This document shows, piece after piece, positions 33,829-43,680 of a stretch of 64,000 bases of DNA. Origin of the DNA: Picochlorum sp. SENEW3 (Eukaryota); the NCBI GenBank assembly GCA_034226945.1, contig CP120453.1:186001-250000 (forward strand). Reading direction: 5' to 3'. The notes beneath the pieces were generated by a model that made no database searches, was not told the DNA's origin, and saw nothing but the letters and a program-made list of their open reading frames with translations. The translations under genes and the position numbers were made by a program. Position 1 is the first letter of the stretch, and each line of letters starts with the position of its first letter.

Positions 33829-35244
33829 ATGGCATCACAAGACGAAGAAAAGAAGCATTCAGTGACGTTTGCAAAAGAAAATCCAATAATACCTAGCAAT
33901 GAGGACGACAGCCACGAACGACAGCGCCACCACCACGACGCAGGACTAGAAGAAGAAGAAGAAGAAGAAGACCACCACCATCACGGCAGTGACAACAACA
34001 AGGATGCGCAACAACAAGCCTCAGACAGTCGACATGAAACACCTATACAGAGAGAAGAAAAAGATGCTAATGAAGAAGAAGAAGAAGAAGAAGAGCGTAT
34101 GGCGTTGGGGCGTGTTACGCATGCGATGATGCAGTATGCATTCATTGCATCCTTTGAAACCAATCGGTGGAAGAGAAACCTTGGCAAGTTGTCAGAGCGG
34201 CATGCATCCCTTCTTTCTCGTGGTACTATATACGGGAGTGAAGGAGAGCAATCGCTCATTACAGAAGCAATTCATCAGAATGATATGTTCCTGAGGTATA
34301 TAGTGCATTGGTTGGAGGAGGGGGGTCCTCCACCCCTGCATGCTGCATTTGATGCTGCAGATGCATGGAGAGCAACGCACGGTGAGGGCGTGATGCCTGC
34401 TGATTTTGAAAAAGTATTGTATGTGCTGAAGAATGTGGCGCGTGATTGGTCAAAGGAGTTTCAGGCTGAGAGAGATGAATCGTATGGGGTACTGTGTGAT
34501 GTTCTACAGGCCCTCTTCAAACACAGCTTGGGCAATGAACCCTCTCCAAAGGTTCTCGTCCCTGGGTGTGGTCTGGGTAGGTTGTGTGTCGACCTTGTCG
34601 CGAGAGGCTTTGATGTTGTTGGTAATGAACATAGCTATTTTATGCTGATGACATCAGCGTATATATTAAATGGTCTTGCCAGACAAGGCCAATGGACAAT
34701 ACACCCATGGGTATTGCAGTCAAGCAATGTGCTCTCATTAGAAGATCAATTACAGCCCATATCCATTCCAGACGCTCTCCCCCTCCATCTCGTGTCAGAA
34801 TCTTTGGGAAGCTTGGGCATGGTGGCTGGTGACTTTGTCCAAGTATTCAAGTCTGAAGAATTTCACCTCGAATATGATGCTGTTGTCACATGCTTCTTTC
34901 TCGATACAGCACAGAATGTGATTGAATACATGGAAATTATATGGGATGTGTTGCGTCCAGGTGGCGTATGGGTTCACTTGGGTCCACTGCAATGGCACTG
35001 GGCTGATTCACATACATACTTGGACAAGGAAGATGTGTCCATTGAGGTTCCATTGGACACGGTGATGGAGATTGCCAGGCATATTGGATTTGAGTTTGAA
35101 CACATCAAGGGCACTGTTGATGATACAAAGGCGTGTTCATTCCTGTCGTGTTCGTACATGTCCAATCCCACGTCCATGCGCCCTCAGTCGTATACCTGCG
35201 CCATGTGGATGGCACGAAAGCCTCATCAGACTGCCGTCGAATAA
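33829..35244 (+). CDS. CARNMT1: Carnosine N-methyltransferase-like (N2227 family)
   Basis: RDWSKE..ERDESY, VLVPGCGLGRL, GNEHSYFML, MVAGDF, VTCFFLDTAQN, WVHLGPLQWH. Confidence 0.9.
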   Translation: MASQDEEKKHSVTFAKENPIIPSNEDDSHERQRHHHDAGLEEEEEEEDHHHHGSDNNKDAQQQASDSRHETPIQREEKDANEEEEEEEERMALGRVTHAMMQYAFIASFETNRWKRNLGKLSERHASLLSRGTIYGSEGEQSLITEAIHQNDMFLRYIVHWLEEGGPPPLHAAFDAADAWRATHGEGVMPADFEKVLYVLKNVARDWSKEFQAERDESYGVLCDVLQALFKHSLGNEPSPKVLVPGCGLGRLCVDLVARGFDVVGNEHSYFMLMTSAYILNGLARQGQWTIHPWVLQSSNVLSLEDQLQPISIPDALPLHLVSESLGSLGMVAGDFVQVFKSEEFHLEYDAVVTCFFLDTAQNVIEYMEIIWDVLRPGGVWVHLGPLQWHWADSHTYLDKEDVSIEVPLDTVMEIARHIGFEFEHIKGTVDDTKACSFLSCSYMSNPTSMRPQSYTCAMWMARKPHQTAVE

Positions 35245-35313
35245 CTTGATTCAATTGATTATTTTTTTATAGTAACAAAGAAATAGTAGTAGTAATTACT
35301 CGCGAAAAGAAGC

Positions 35314-36900
35314 ATGACGACGCTGGCAGAGTCGTTTTTAGCTGATTTGGAAGATCTTTCTGACGAAGACATTCCTGTGAAGCGAGAAGAGGGTTCTACT
35401 GAGGTATGTACATGTGTATTAATTTACATTCTCACGGAATATATGCTCATACTGGCCAGGTGTGTGATGCAGAGAGAGGAAGGAGGAGTTGAGAAGGAAC
35501 ACGGTACTTCATGTTCCAGACTGTTGCATACTGAGCACTATGCGCGTATTATGTCTCAAGTTAGGGATGGATTGAATGATTCTGAGGATGAGAAGAACAC
35601 GAGCACATCTGCATACGAGTACGTGCGCACATTTTGTTTTTTAATACATGTATTCATGTCTTCTCACACTGATTCCACACATTGCTGCAGATTTCTGGTA
35701 GAGTGTAACAAGCTGGTGGTAGAGATTGATAATGACATTGTCAATGTGTATAATTACATCCGAGATAGGTATCGTTCCAAATTCCCAGAGCTGGAGTCTC
35801 TGGTACAGGCTCCTTTGGACTATGCAGCTGTTGTCAAAGCGATTGGGAATGAAATGGAGGTGACAAATGTGAATTTGGACACTATTTTACCTCCTTCAAC
35901 AGTCATGGTGGTGACAGTGACGGCGACCACGACGAATGGGCAGCCTCTGTCGGATGAAGCCTTGCATGATGTCATGGGTGCCTGTGACATTGCCAAGCAG
36001 CTTGATGAGGATAAGACGTGTATTCTAAAGCTGGTGCAGATGAGTATGGAGAATATTGCGCCGAATTTATCTACATGCGTCGGTTCTGAGATTGCAGCAA
36101 AGCTCATGGGAGTTGCAGGAGGACTGCAATCTTTGGCAACCATTCCAGCATGCAATATTCAAGTGTTGGGAGCGAAACGGAAGCATGCTGCTGGGTTTAG
36201 TTCTAAAACAGCCATGCCACACCAAGGATTCGTGTATGAATCTGAATTAGTTCAGAATACGCCTCCAGGGCTGCGTAATAAAGCGGCCAAGTTGGTTGGG
36301 TCAAAGTGCTCCTTGTTGGCCAGAGTGGATGCGCATGGGTCGAATAAAGATGGGTCAATTGGTAGGTCTACGAGGGAGGAGATTGTTCGAAAGATTGAGA
36401 AATGGCAGGAACCTCCTCCAGCGAGAAAGGGAGACGTCCTGCCTGTTCCCGATGCACAGGAGATGAAGAAGACCCGGCGAGGTGGGCGGCGTGTGCGGAA
36501 GATGAAGGAAAAATACGGCATGACGGAGCTGAAAAAACAAGCAAATAGAATGCTTTTCAATCAAGCTGAAGATGAATTCATTGACGGTGAAGAAAGCATT
36601 GGACTTGGTGCTATTGGAAAGGATGGAAGTGGTCGATTGCGAGCTATTGCTGCCCAGCAGAAGCAGAAACTCAGTGCCAAGGCAGCCAAGAAACACGGGC
36701 TGAGAAATTACGGCACAGCTTCTGGCATAGCAACTTCTGGTCTATCATCCTCGTTGGCATTCACACCCATTCAAGGAATAGAGCTTGTGAATCCCAACAA
36801 TGCACTCGGTCACCAGCGAGTCAAGGATGCAGAGCGTGGTGGCACAGAGTCTTATTTTTCTGAGAAATCCGGTTTCAAAAGCAGCATTGTTAAAAAATAA
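35314..36900 (+). CDS. PRP31: U4/U6 snRNP protein Prp31; probable introns 35404-35472 and 35619-35690
   Basis: MTTLAESFLADLEDL, FPELESLV, IAPNLS, PACNIQVLG, IEKWQEPPP, RRGGRR, GLSSSLAFTPIQGIEL. Confidence 0.95.
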   Translation: MTTLAESFLADLEDLSDEDIPVKREEGSTEVCTCVLIYILTEYMLILARCVMQREEGGVEKEHGTSCSRLLHTEHYARIMSQVRDGLNDSEDEKNTSTSAYEYVRTFCFLIHVFMSSHTDSTHCCRFLVECNKLVVEIDNDIVNVYNYIRDRYRSKFPELESLVQAPLDYAAVVKAIGNEMEVTNVNLDTILPPSTVMVVTVTATTTNGQPLSDEALHDVMGACDIAKQLDEDKTCILKLVQMSMENIAPNLSTCVGSEIAAKLMGVAGGLQSLATIPACNIQVLGAKRKHAAGFSSKTAMPHQGFVYESELVQNTPPGLRNKAAKLVGSKCSLLARVDAHGSNKDGSIGRSTREEIVRKIEKWQEPPPARKGDVLPVPDAQEMKKTRRGGRRVRKMKEKYGMTELKKQANRMLFNQAEDEFIDGEESIGLGAIGKDGSGRLRAIAAQQKQKLSAKAAKKHGLRNYGTASGIATSGLSSSLAFTPIQGIELVNPNNALGHQRVKDAERGGTESYFSEKSGFKSSIVKK

Positions 36901-37369
36901 TGCAGATCTTTAATACATTACAAGTACTCTCTTGGATTCGGAACGAACGGCACTAATCTCCTGGGGCACCAAGGAGATGGAAGAGAGAGGCAGAGCATTG
37001 ACAATGGATCCAAGGAAGAGGAAAAAATCACAGCATCCGTTGTGTCTATCAACATTATCTAACCTATCAGCAATGTAACACATGCCATGCTGCATGGAGA
37101 TGTCACGGACTGTATACATGCTGAGACATGAGCGCCCATGCTGTAACCGTGCATAAGATAAGAGTGTCGATGCCTCCAAGAAGAAAGAGATCTTTCTTCC
37201 TAGGCAGCTGCATCGATGCATCCGAGAGGGGCGCCAGGGTCACATGTGATTGGATTGAATCTACTTTTGGGTATCTGTGAGGTGTACTGAATACTTCGTA
37301 TTAGTATTGACTCGCAGATTTACAAAGATTTGTCAACCTGGTAACAGCCGAGTTCGCGATTTGCCCATC

Positions 37370-40300
37370 ATGAAAGGTGTCGTACCTGTTGTTTTTCTTT
37401 TGTCGGTGCAACTATTGAGCGCTGGATTTGGTGCGTATGTGTCGTGTGTCGATAATGTGCGTTACTATTGTCACTATGATGGATATTTTACTCGATATGC
37501 AGTGTCCGGCAAGGTCTGTCCTGGACCAGACCAAAATATTGCTGACTTGGTTCTTGGGTTCTCCAGATTCGCAGAATTAACTGAGACTGCGGGTCTTACC
37601 GAGACACTGAGCGATCTCGGCCCACTCAATGTCTTCGTGCCGACTACTAGCGCTTTCGAAGCGCTGGCTGCACGGCTTGATGTCGACGTCGACGAATTGC
37701 TGAGCAATGTTTCACTCTCCCAGCAGATTGTGAACAATCACATACAAGCGATTGGAGCGAGCTGCAACGGCCCATTGAATGGTACTGTGTCTACTTTATT
37801 ACCGGGATCTTCAATAACAGTGGATGGTAACACTGTGACGGACGGCAGTGGCGCCAGAGCAACTGTGGTCTTCAATGTATCAGCATCCAATGGACACGTG
37901 TATGTGATTGATAGGGTTTTGCTCCCTTCCTCGCCGGCGAGGCTTGATGTGCAAGAGTCTGGAGGGTCTTCATCTCCTCCTGGAGGGGCATCTGAAGTGA
38001 ATGAGGGACTATTCTACGTGGGTTTAAATGGGAAGACTGTGCTGTGCCCTGATGCAGAGGTTGGAGCACAGGGCGAGGTGAATGGGGTGACTTACGTCAA
38101 GAGGGACGAAAGAGGGTTGAGGGACCTCGTACAAAAGGGATTCAATAATGCCACAGCATGGGAGCAGGTGGAGAAGACGTGTACAAGTGGTATTACAGAT
38201 ATGAGCTCCTTGTTCCAAGGGGCTGAGACGTTCGATCACCCCATTGGGTCCTGGGATACAAACAGCGTTGAGAATATGGCATACATGTTCTACAATGCCT
38301 CCTCATTCAACCAGCCAATTGTTGATTGGGACACAAGCAGTGTCACAGATATGAGGTCAATGTTCGCTGTTGCCTCGTCCTTCAATCAGCCCATTGGTGC
38401 CTGGGACACAAGCAGTGTGACAGATATGTATGCCATGTTCGCTGATGCCTCCTTATTCAACCAGCCCATTGGTGCCTGGGACACAAGCAGTGTTACAGAT
38501 ATGGCATATATGTTTGAGTTTGCCACTGCATTCAACCAGCCCATTGGCAACTGGGACACGAGCAGTGTCACAAACATGTATGCCATGTTCAATCAAGCCT
38601 CCTCATTCAATCAGCCCATTGGTGCCTGGGACACAAGCAGTGTTGAGAATATGGCATTTATGTTCTACAATGCCTCCTCATTCAGCCAGCCAATTGATGA
38701 TTGGGACACCAGCAGTGTCACAGATATGAGGTCAATGTTCAATCGAGGCTCCTCATTCAACCAGCCCATTGGTGCCTGGGACACAAGCAGTGTTACAGAT
38801 ATGGCATATATGTTTAAGTTTGCCACTGCATTCAACCAGCCCATTGGCAACTGGGACACCAGCAGTGTCACAGATATGTATGCCATGTTCGCTGTTGCCT
38901 CCTTATTCAACCAGCCCATTGGCAACTGGGATACGAGCAGTGTTACAGATATGGGATTTATGTTTGAAGCTGCCACTGCATTCAACCAGCCAATTGATGA
39001 TTGGAACACGAGCAGTGTCACAAATATGAGGTCAATGTTCAATCAAGCCTCCTCATTCAATCAGCCCATTGGTGCCTGGGACACAAGCAGTGTTGAGAAT
39101 ATGGCATTTATGTTCAATCAAGCCTCCTCATTCAATCAGCCCATTGGTGATTGGGACACCAGCAGTGCCACAGATATGGAGTCCATGTTCAATCAAGCCT
39201 CCTCATTCAATCAGCCCATTGGTGATTGGGACACCAGCAGTGCCACAGATATGGAGTCCATGTTCAATCAAGCCTCCTCATTCAATCAGCCCATTGGTGC
39301 CTGGGACACAAGCAGTGTTGAGAATATGGCATTTATGTTCTACAATGCCTCCTCATTCAACCAGCCAATTGATGATTGGGACACGAGCAGTGTCACAAAT
39401 ATGAGGTCAATGTTCTATCAAGCCTCCTCATTCAACCAGCCCATTGGTAGCTGGGACACAAGCAGTGTCACAGATATGGCATATATGTTTGAGTTTGCCA
39501 CTGCATTCAACCAGCCCATTGGCAACTGGGACACCAGCAGTGTCACAGATATGTATGCCATGTTCTCTGTTGCCTCCTTATTCAACCAGCCCATTGGCAA
39601 CTGGGATACGAGCAGTGTTACAGATATGGGATTTATGTTTGAGCTTGCCACTGCATTCAACCAGCCAATTGGTGATTGGGACACGAGCAGTGTCGCAGAT
39701 ATGGGGTCCATGTTCAATCAAGCCTCCTCATTCAATCAGCCCATTGGTGCCTGGGACACAAGCAGTGTTGAGAATATGGCATTTATGTTCTACAATGCCT
39801 CCTCATTCAACCAGCCAATTGATGATTGGGACATGAGCAGTGTCACAAATATGAGGTCAATGTTCAATCGAGCCTCCTCATTCAACCAGCCCATTGGCAA
39901 CTGGGATACGAGCAGTGTTACAGATATGGCATATATGTTTGAGCTTGCCACTGCATTCAACGAGCCAATTGGTGATTGGGACACAAGCAGTGTTGAGAAT
40001 ATGGCATTTATGTTCTATCAAGCCTCCTCATTCAACCAACCTATCGGTGCCTGGGACACCAGCAGTGTCATAGATATGTATGCCATGCTCGCTGCTGCCT
40101 CCTTATTCAATCAGCCCATTGGTAGCTGGGATACGAGCAGTGTTACAGATATGAGATTTATGTTTGCGCTTGCCACTGCATTCAACCAGCCAATTGGTGA
40201 TTGGGACACAAGCAGTGTCACAGATATGGACTCCATGTTCAATCAAGCCTCCTCATTCAATCAGCCCATTGGTGCCTGGGACACAAGCAGGGTTGAGAAT

Positions 40301-40834
40301 ATGGCATATATGTTTGAAGCTGCCACTGCATTCAACCAGCCAATTGGTGATTGGGACACAAGCAGTGTTGCAGATATGAGATATATGTTCAATCAAGCCT
40401 CATCATTCAACCAGCCCATTGGCAACTGGGACACCAGCAGTGTCACGGACATGTATGTCATGTTCGCTTTTGCCTCATCCTTCAACCAGCCCATTGGTAG
40501 CTGGGATACGACCAGTGTGACAGATATGGCATATATGTTTGAGCTTGCCACTGCATTCAACCAGCCAATTGGCAACTGGGACACGAGTAGTGTCACAAAT
40601 ATGTATGCCATGTTCGCTGATGCCTCATCCTTCAACCAGCCCATTGGTAGCTGGGATACGAGCAGTGTTACAAATATGGGATTTATGTTTGATCTGGCCT
40701 CCTCATTCAACCAGGATCTGTCCACCTGGTGTGTCTCCAAGGTAGAATCTGCTGATGGGTTTGCCATCAATAGCGCACTGCAAGAATCTAATTATCCACC
40801 TGCATTTGGAAGCTCAACGAATTGCATCGCCTGA
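37370..40834 (+). CDS. Secreted fasciclin (FAS1) + DUF285/BspA-like repeat protein; probable intron 37431-37502
   Basis: Signal peptide [22 protein letters not shown]1 H1 [10 protein letters not shown] and H2 [15 protein letters not shown]; cap TVLCPDA...[12 protein letters not shown]; 33 full 25-aa repeats and terminal [11 protein letters not shown]. Confidence 0.92.
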   Translation: MKGVVPVVFLLSVQLLSAGFGAYVSCVDNVRYYCHYDGYFTRYAVSGKVCPGPDQNIADLVLGFSRFAELTETAGLTETLSDLGPLNVFVPTTSAFEALAARLDVDVDELLSNVSLSQQIVNNHIQAIGASCNGPLNGTVSTLLPGSSITVDGNTVTDGSGARATVVFNVSASNGHVYVIDRVLLPSSPARLDVQESGGSSSPPGGASEVNEGLFYVGLNGKTVLCPDAEVGAQGEVNGVTYVKRDERGLRDLVQKGFNNATAWEQVEKTCTSGITDMSSLFQGAETFDHPIGSWDTNSVENMAYMFYNASSFNQPIVDWDTSSVTDMRSMFAVASSFNQPIGAWDTSSVTDMYAMFADASLFNQPIGAWDTSSVTDMAYMFEFATAFNQPIGNWDTSSVTNMYAMFNQASSFNQPIGAWDTSSVENMAFMFYNASSFSQPIDDWDTSSVTDMRSMFNRGSSFNQPIGAWDTSSVTDMAYMFKFATAFNQPIGNWDTSSVTDMYAMFAVASLFNQPIGNWDTSSVTDMGFMFEAATAFNQPIDDWNTSSVTNMRSMFNQASSFNQPIGAWDTSSVENMAFMFNQASSFNQPIGDWDTSSATDMESMFNQASSFNQPIGDWDTSSATDMESMFNQASSFNQPIGAWDTSSVENMAFMFYNASSFNQPIDDWDTSSVTNMRSMFYQASSFNQPIGSWDTSSVTDMAYMFEFATAFNQPIGNWDTSSVTDMYAMFSVASLFNQPIGNWDTSSVTDMGFMFELATAFNQPIGDWDTSSVADMGSMFNQASSFNQPIGAWDTSSVENMAFMFYNASSFNQPIDDWDMSSVTNMRSMFNRASSFNQPIGNWDTSSVTDMAYMFELATAFNEPIGDWDTSSVENMAFMFYQASSFNQPIGAWDTSSVIDMYAMLAAASLFNQPIGSWDTSSVTDMRFMFALATAFNQPIGDWDTSSVTDMDSMFNQASSFNQPIGAWDTSRVENMAYMFEAATAFNQPIGDWDTSSVADMRYMFNQASSFNQPIGNWDTSSVTDMYVMFAFASSFNQPIGSWDTTSVTDMAYMFELATAFNQPIGNWDTSSVTNMYAMFADASSFNQPIGSWDTSSVTNMGFMFDLASSFNQDLSTWCVSKVESADGFAINSALQESNYPPAFGSSTNCIA
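38231..40729 (+). repeat. Tandem array of 33 complete 75-bp units plus a terminal partial unit
   Basis: Consensus TTCAAYCAGCCMATTGGY-NNN-TGGGAYAC-AGCAGTGT...; 38231 to 40706 is exactly 33 x 75 nt. Confidence 0.97.
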
Positions 40835-41039
40835 GACAATCCACTCATGTAGAAAGATGCAATCTCTGAAGAGACAAGAAGGAGACAAGTCGATCGTATA
40901 CGAGTAATTACGAATGTAATGTACTCTTTCCAATAAACAATGCGCTCGGTCAATTCGGTTGCCACAACAACCCCGGCGTCTTTCATTAAAAAATTCGAAA
41001 TTAAAAAACACTCGTCCACGAGATGAAATAAAAATGTGA

Positions 41040-42434
41040 ATGAATTGGCACTCCATTTTGCGTCGGAAAGAATGGACTGGCGGACAAGGCGGGGACGCAC
41101 TTCGAGCGCATCCTCTGACTTGGGTCCATATCGACGACAAAGCCAATGCCCGATGCCTTCGGATGTCCACAGAATTCTTATTAGTAGACTTACATGTACG
41201 ATATAGGGATCTGGTGGTCGTAGACCCCACGATCGCCGTTCCGATGGGCACAGTCATTTTTATCCGGCCAACATGCATTGTATTAAATCTAGACGTCGGT
41301 GGGCATATCCGAATGGTTATTTGTGAGAACCAGTTGTTTATACTTGGGGTTCCGGATGAAAAGGATACGTCGGTATCGGCGATACCGACTGTCGAGCATC
41401 CCTTTGTGCAGTACCTGTCCAAGTGCCTCCTTGACAATCGACACGTGATGCCATACGAGTTGGTTGCATTGGAGGCTGCGTTGAACACGGCAGTGGGCAT
41501 CTTGACAAAGGATGTGGACATGTATGATGATATGTCGATGGAGAAGATTGAAGCGATGCTTCGAAATGTGAATAGGGACACGTTGGAAGGCATTCGAAAT
41601 ATCAAGCATGGTGTTAATGTGTTGCAGCTCCGAGTTTCTCGGTTGCAGACGGAGATACAGGAGATTATGGAGGATGATATGGATATGGCGGATTTGTATC
41701 TGAAGAAGAGAAGGAAGAAGATGAAGTTGAAGAAGCCAGCGTTTCCTTCAACAGAGAAGACAAAGAACAAGAAGAACAAGGACAACAAGGAGCAGAGCAG
41801 CCATAATGCGACATGGAAATCTAGGAAATCCCATGGTATACGCATGTATCGTCCGTTTCGACCGCGTCGATATGGAGGTATGAAGCGGGCATTGAGAAGG
41901 GCGAATTCACGTCGTGGCCCAGATGATATGCTGATACAGCGGCGGTTGGCTCGCAAACTACAGCGGAGACATCATCATGGGGATGATGATAATGATGAGG
42001 ATGTCTTTTCTGCAGCGGATGATGCGATTCATGATGTTGGACAACCACTACCTATAGATCCACATGAAATAGAAGAAGCAGAAGATTTATTGGAAGCCAT
42101 TTTTGTGGACAGTGATATTCTGAATAGGAGGCTGTCAGCTATTGAAGATCGGGCAAAAGACGCAGAAGGTCTGCTGGAATTGGACCTTGATCAGCGACGA
42201 AATGAATTGGTCGGTCTCAATCTCGTCGTAGCAACTATTGCCATGGCATTTGGATTTGGTGCTCTTGTTGCCGGCGTCTTTGGTATGAATCTGGTCAACA
42301 GTGACCTTGTCGATGAGGCATGGGTGCTCCCAGTCGTCCTGGTCGTCACCGTGGTTCTCTGTGTGGCGCTCATTGTGGCAGTCGTCTGGTATGTTCGCAA
42401 GAGAAAGCTCATGTTCATCCCTACAACCCTGTAA
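41040..42434 (+). CDS. MRS2: MRS2/CorA-family magnesium transporter (copy 1)
   Basis: RYRDL..DP, PYELVALEAAL, DDMDMADLYL, LDQRRNELV, FGMN motif and two C-terminal TM helices. Confidence 0.92.
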   Translation: MNWHSILRRKEWTGGQGGDALRAHPLTWVHIDDKANARCLRMSTEFLLVDLHVRYRDLVVVDPTIAVPMGTVIFIRPTCIVLNLDVGGHIRMVICENQLFILGVPDEKDTSVSAIPTVEHPFVQYLSKCLLDNRHVMPYELVALEAALNTAVGILTKDVDMYDDMSMEKIEAMLRNVNRDTLEGIRNIKHGVNVLQLRVSRLQTEIQEIMEDDMDMADLYLKKRRKKMKLKKPAFPSTEKTKNKKNKDNKEQSSHNATWKSRKSHGIRMYRPFRPRRYGGMKRALRRANSRRGPDDMLIQRRLARKLQRRHHHGDDDNDEDVFSAADDAIHDVGQPLPIDPHEIEEAEDLLEAIFVDSDILNRRLSAIEDRAKDAEGLLELDLDQRRNELVGLNLVVATIAMAFGFGALVAGVFGMNLVNSDLVDEAWVLPVVLVVTVVLCVALIVAVVWYVRKRKLMFIPTTL

Positions 42435-42456
42435 TATTATTACTGTTACTAAGAAT

Positions 42457-43578
42457 ATGTTTATTAGATCATGGAAGAAGGAGGATGGTTCGACAACACC
42501 CCTGTTGCTGTCTGAACATTCGAGCCATCACCCAACAACAACACCAGCAGCGGGAGACCACATTGTTTGTATTGCAGAAACCCTAGATGGTCAGGATATA
42601 TCAAACAAAAGATTATACTCTGCATCATTAAATCAGTACGATGTGCACGAGATGATTGAGATTGGGGCATGTACGCTGAGGACCTCTGCGTGTTTTGACC
42701 CTCGTTTCACACCTCCATTTCCGACAGTGTTTTCCATCCGACAGCGGTCCATTCTCTTTAGTATGCACTGCATCAGGATGATTATATGCCCCAAAAAGTG
42801 TTATATTATCAGCATACCGAAAATAAATGAGCCTTTTACACCACAGCCTGCAGATGCAGTGTACCATCCATTTGTTGCCCGGGTTATGGAGATGCTCAAT
42901 CAGGGCGATGATACGGTTCCATTTGAACTCAAGCTTCTTGATGCGGCAGTGTATGGCGTTGTACATGCGTATGAAGCAGAGATATTTGAATTAGAGCATG
43001 ATGCGCATGCGCATGGTTCTAAACTTGCCAAGATTAGTGATACTCATGAAATGACGCTTGTTGAGACAATGCATGAGATTAAAGTGCGGATGTCAAAGAT
43101 CAATGCGTCATTGGAGGAGATACAGAAGGAGCTTGATACGATGTTTTCGGATGATATGTCTCAGTATAGAGCATTCTGGGGGAACAACAACACCAGTGAT
43201 GATCATGTCCAGTTGGCAGAAGATATTTTGCAAGACATGTATCTCAATGTGACGTTTGGATTGAGACGATTGAGGATACTTTCAGAGTATATTGAATCTC
43301 GTGAGATGATGGCCAGAATATCGTTGGATGCGAGACGGAATCAGCTGGTCGGGTTGGAACTGCTTATTTCAAACATTAGTCTAGGGTTTGGATGGGCCAG
43401 CATGCTTGGGGGAATATTTGGGATGAATCTTTGGAACATGTATTTTGCAGACTCAAAGCCGATATTCCTTGTGGTGATGTTTGTGCTTACAGTTGGTACA
43501 ATTGCATTTCCCATTTACTTTCGAAACTTTATGCGCAAAAAAAGGCTGCAATTTCTACCAGAAACAATTGCCTCGTAA
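42457..43578 (+). CDS. MRS2: MRS2/CorA-family magnesium transporter (copy 2, divergent)
   Basis: PFELKLLD, LDARRNQL, GIFGMNL, two TM helices; first ATG at 42457. Confidence 0.88.
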   Translation: MFIRSWKKEDGSTTPLLLSEHSSHHPTTTPAAGDHIVCIAETLDGQDISNKRLYSASLNQYDVHEMIEIGACTLRTSACFDPRFTPPFPTVFSIRQRSILFSMHCIRMIICPKKCYIISIPKINEPFTPQPADAVYHPFVARVMEMLNQGDDTVPFELKLLDAAVYGVVHAYEAEIFELEHDAHAHGSKLAKISDTHEMTLVETMHEIKVRMSKINASLEEIQKELDTMFSDDMSQYRAFWGNNNTSDDHVQLAEDILQDMYLNVTFGLRRLRILSEYIESREMMARISLDARRNQLVGLELLISNISLGFGWASMLGGIFGMNLWNMYFADSKPIFLVVMFVLTVGTIAFPIYFRNFMRKKRLQFLPETIAS

Positions 43579-43680
43579 TGATCATTCTTTTTTCTTGTTT
43601 TTTGAGTCGCGATTTTCACGCAGCATGATTATATTACTCCTCTGTAATACGAATATGATTGAGCAAAAAAAAAAGCATCA

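Noticed and set aside
33948..34095. (GAA)n tracts
   Set aside because: Ordinary poly-Glu coding microsatellites in a disordered N-terminus
38231..40729. Possible CRISPR-like array
   Set aside because: Units are contiguous in-frame 75-bp coding repeats with no unique spacers, no cas genes and a eukaryotic context
40814..41956. 380-aa minus-strand ORF
   Set aside because: Mostly antisense to MRS2 copy 1; its hydrophobic stretch mirrors the Lys-rich codons
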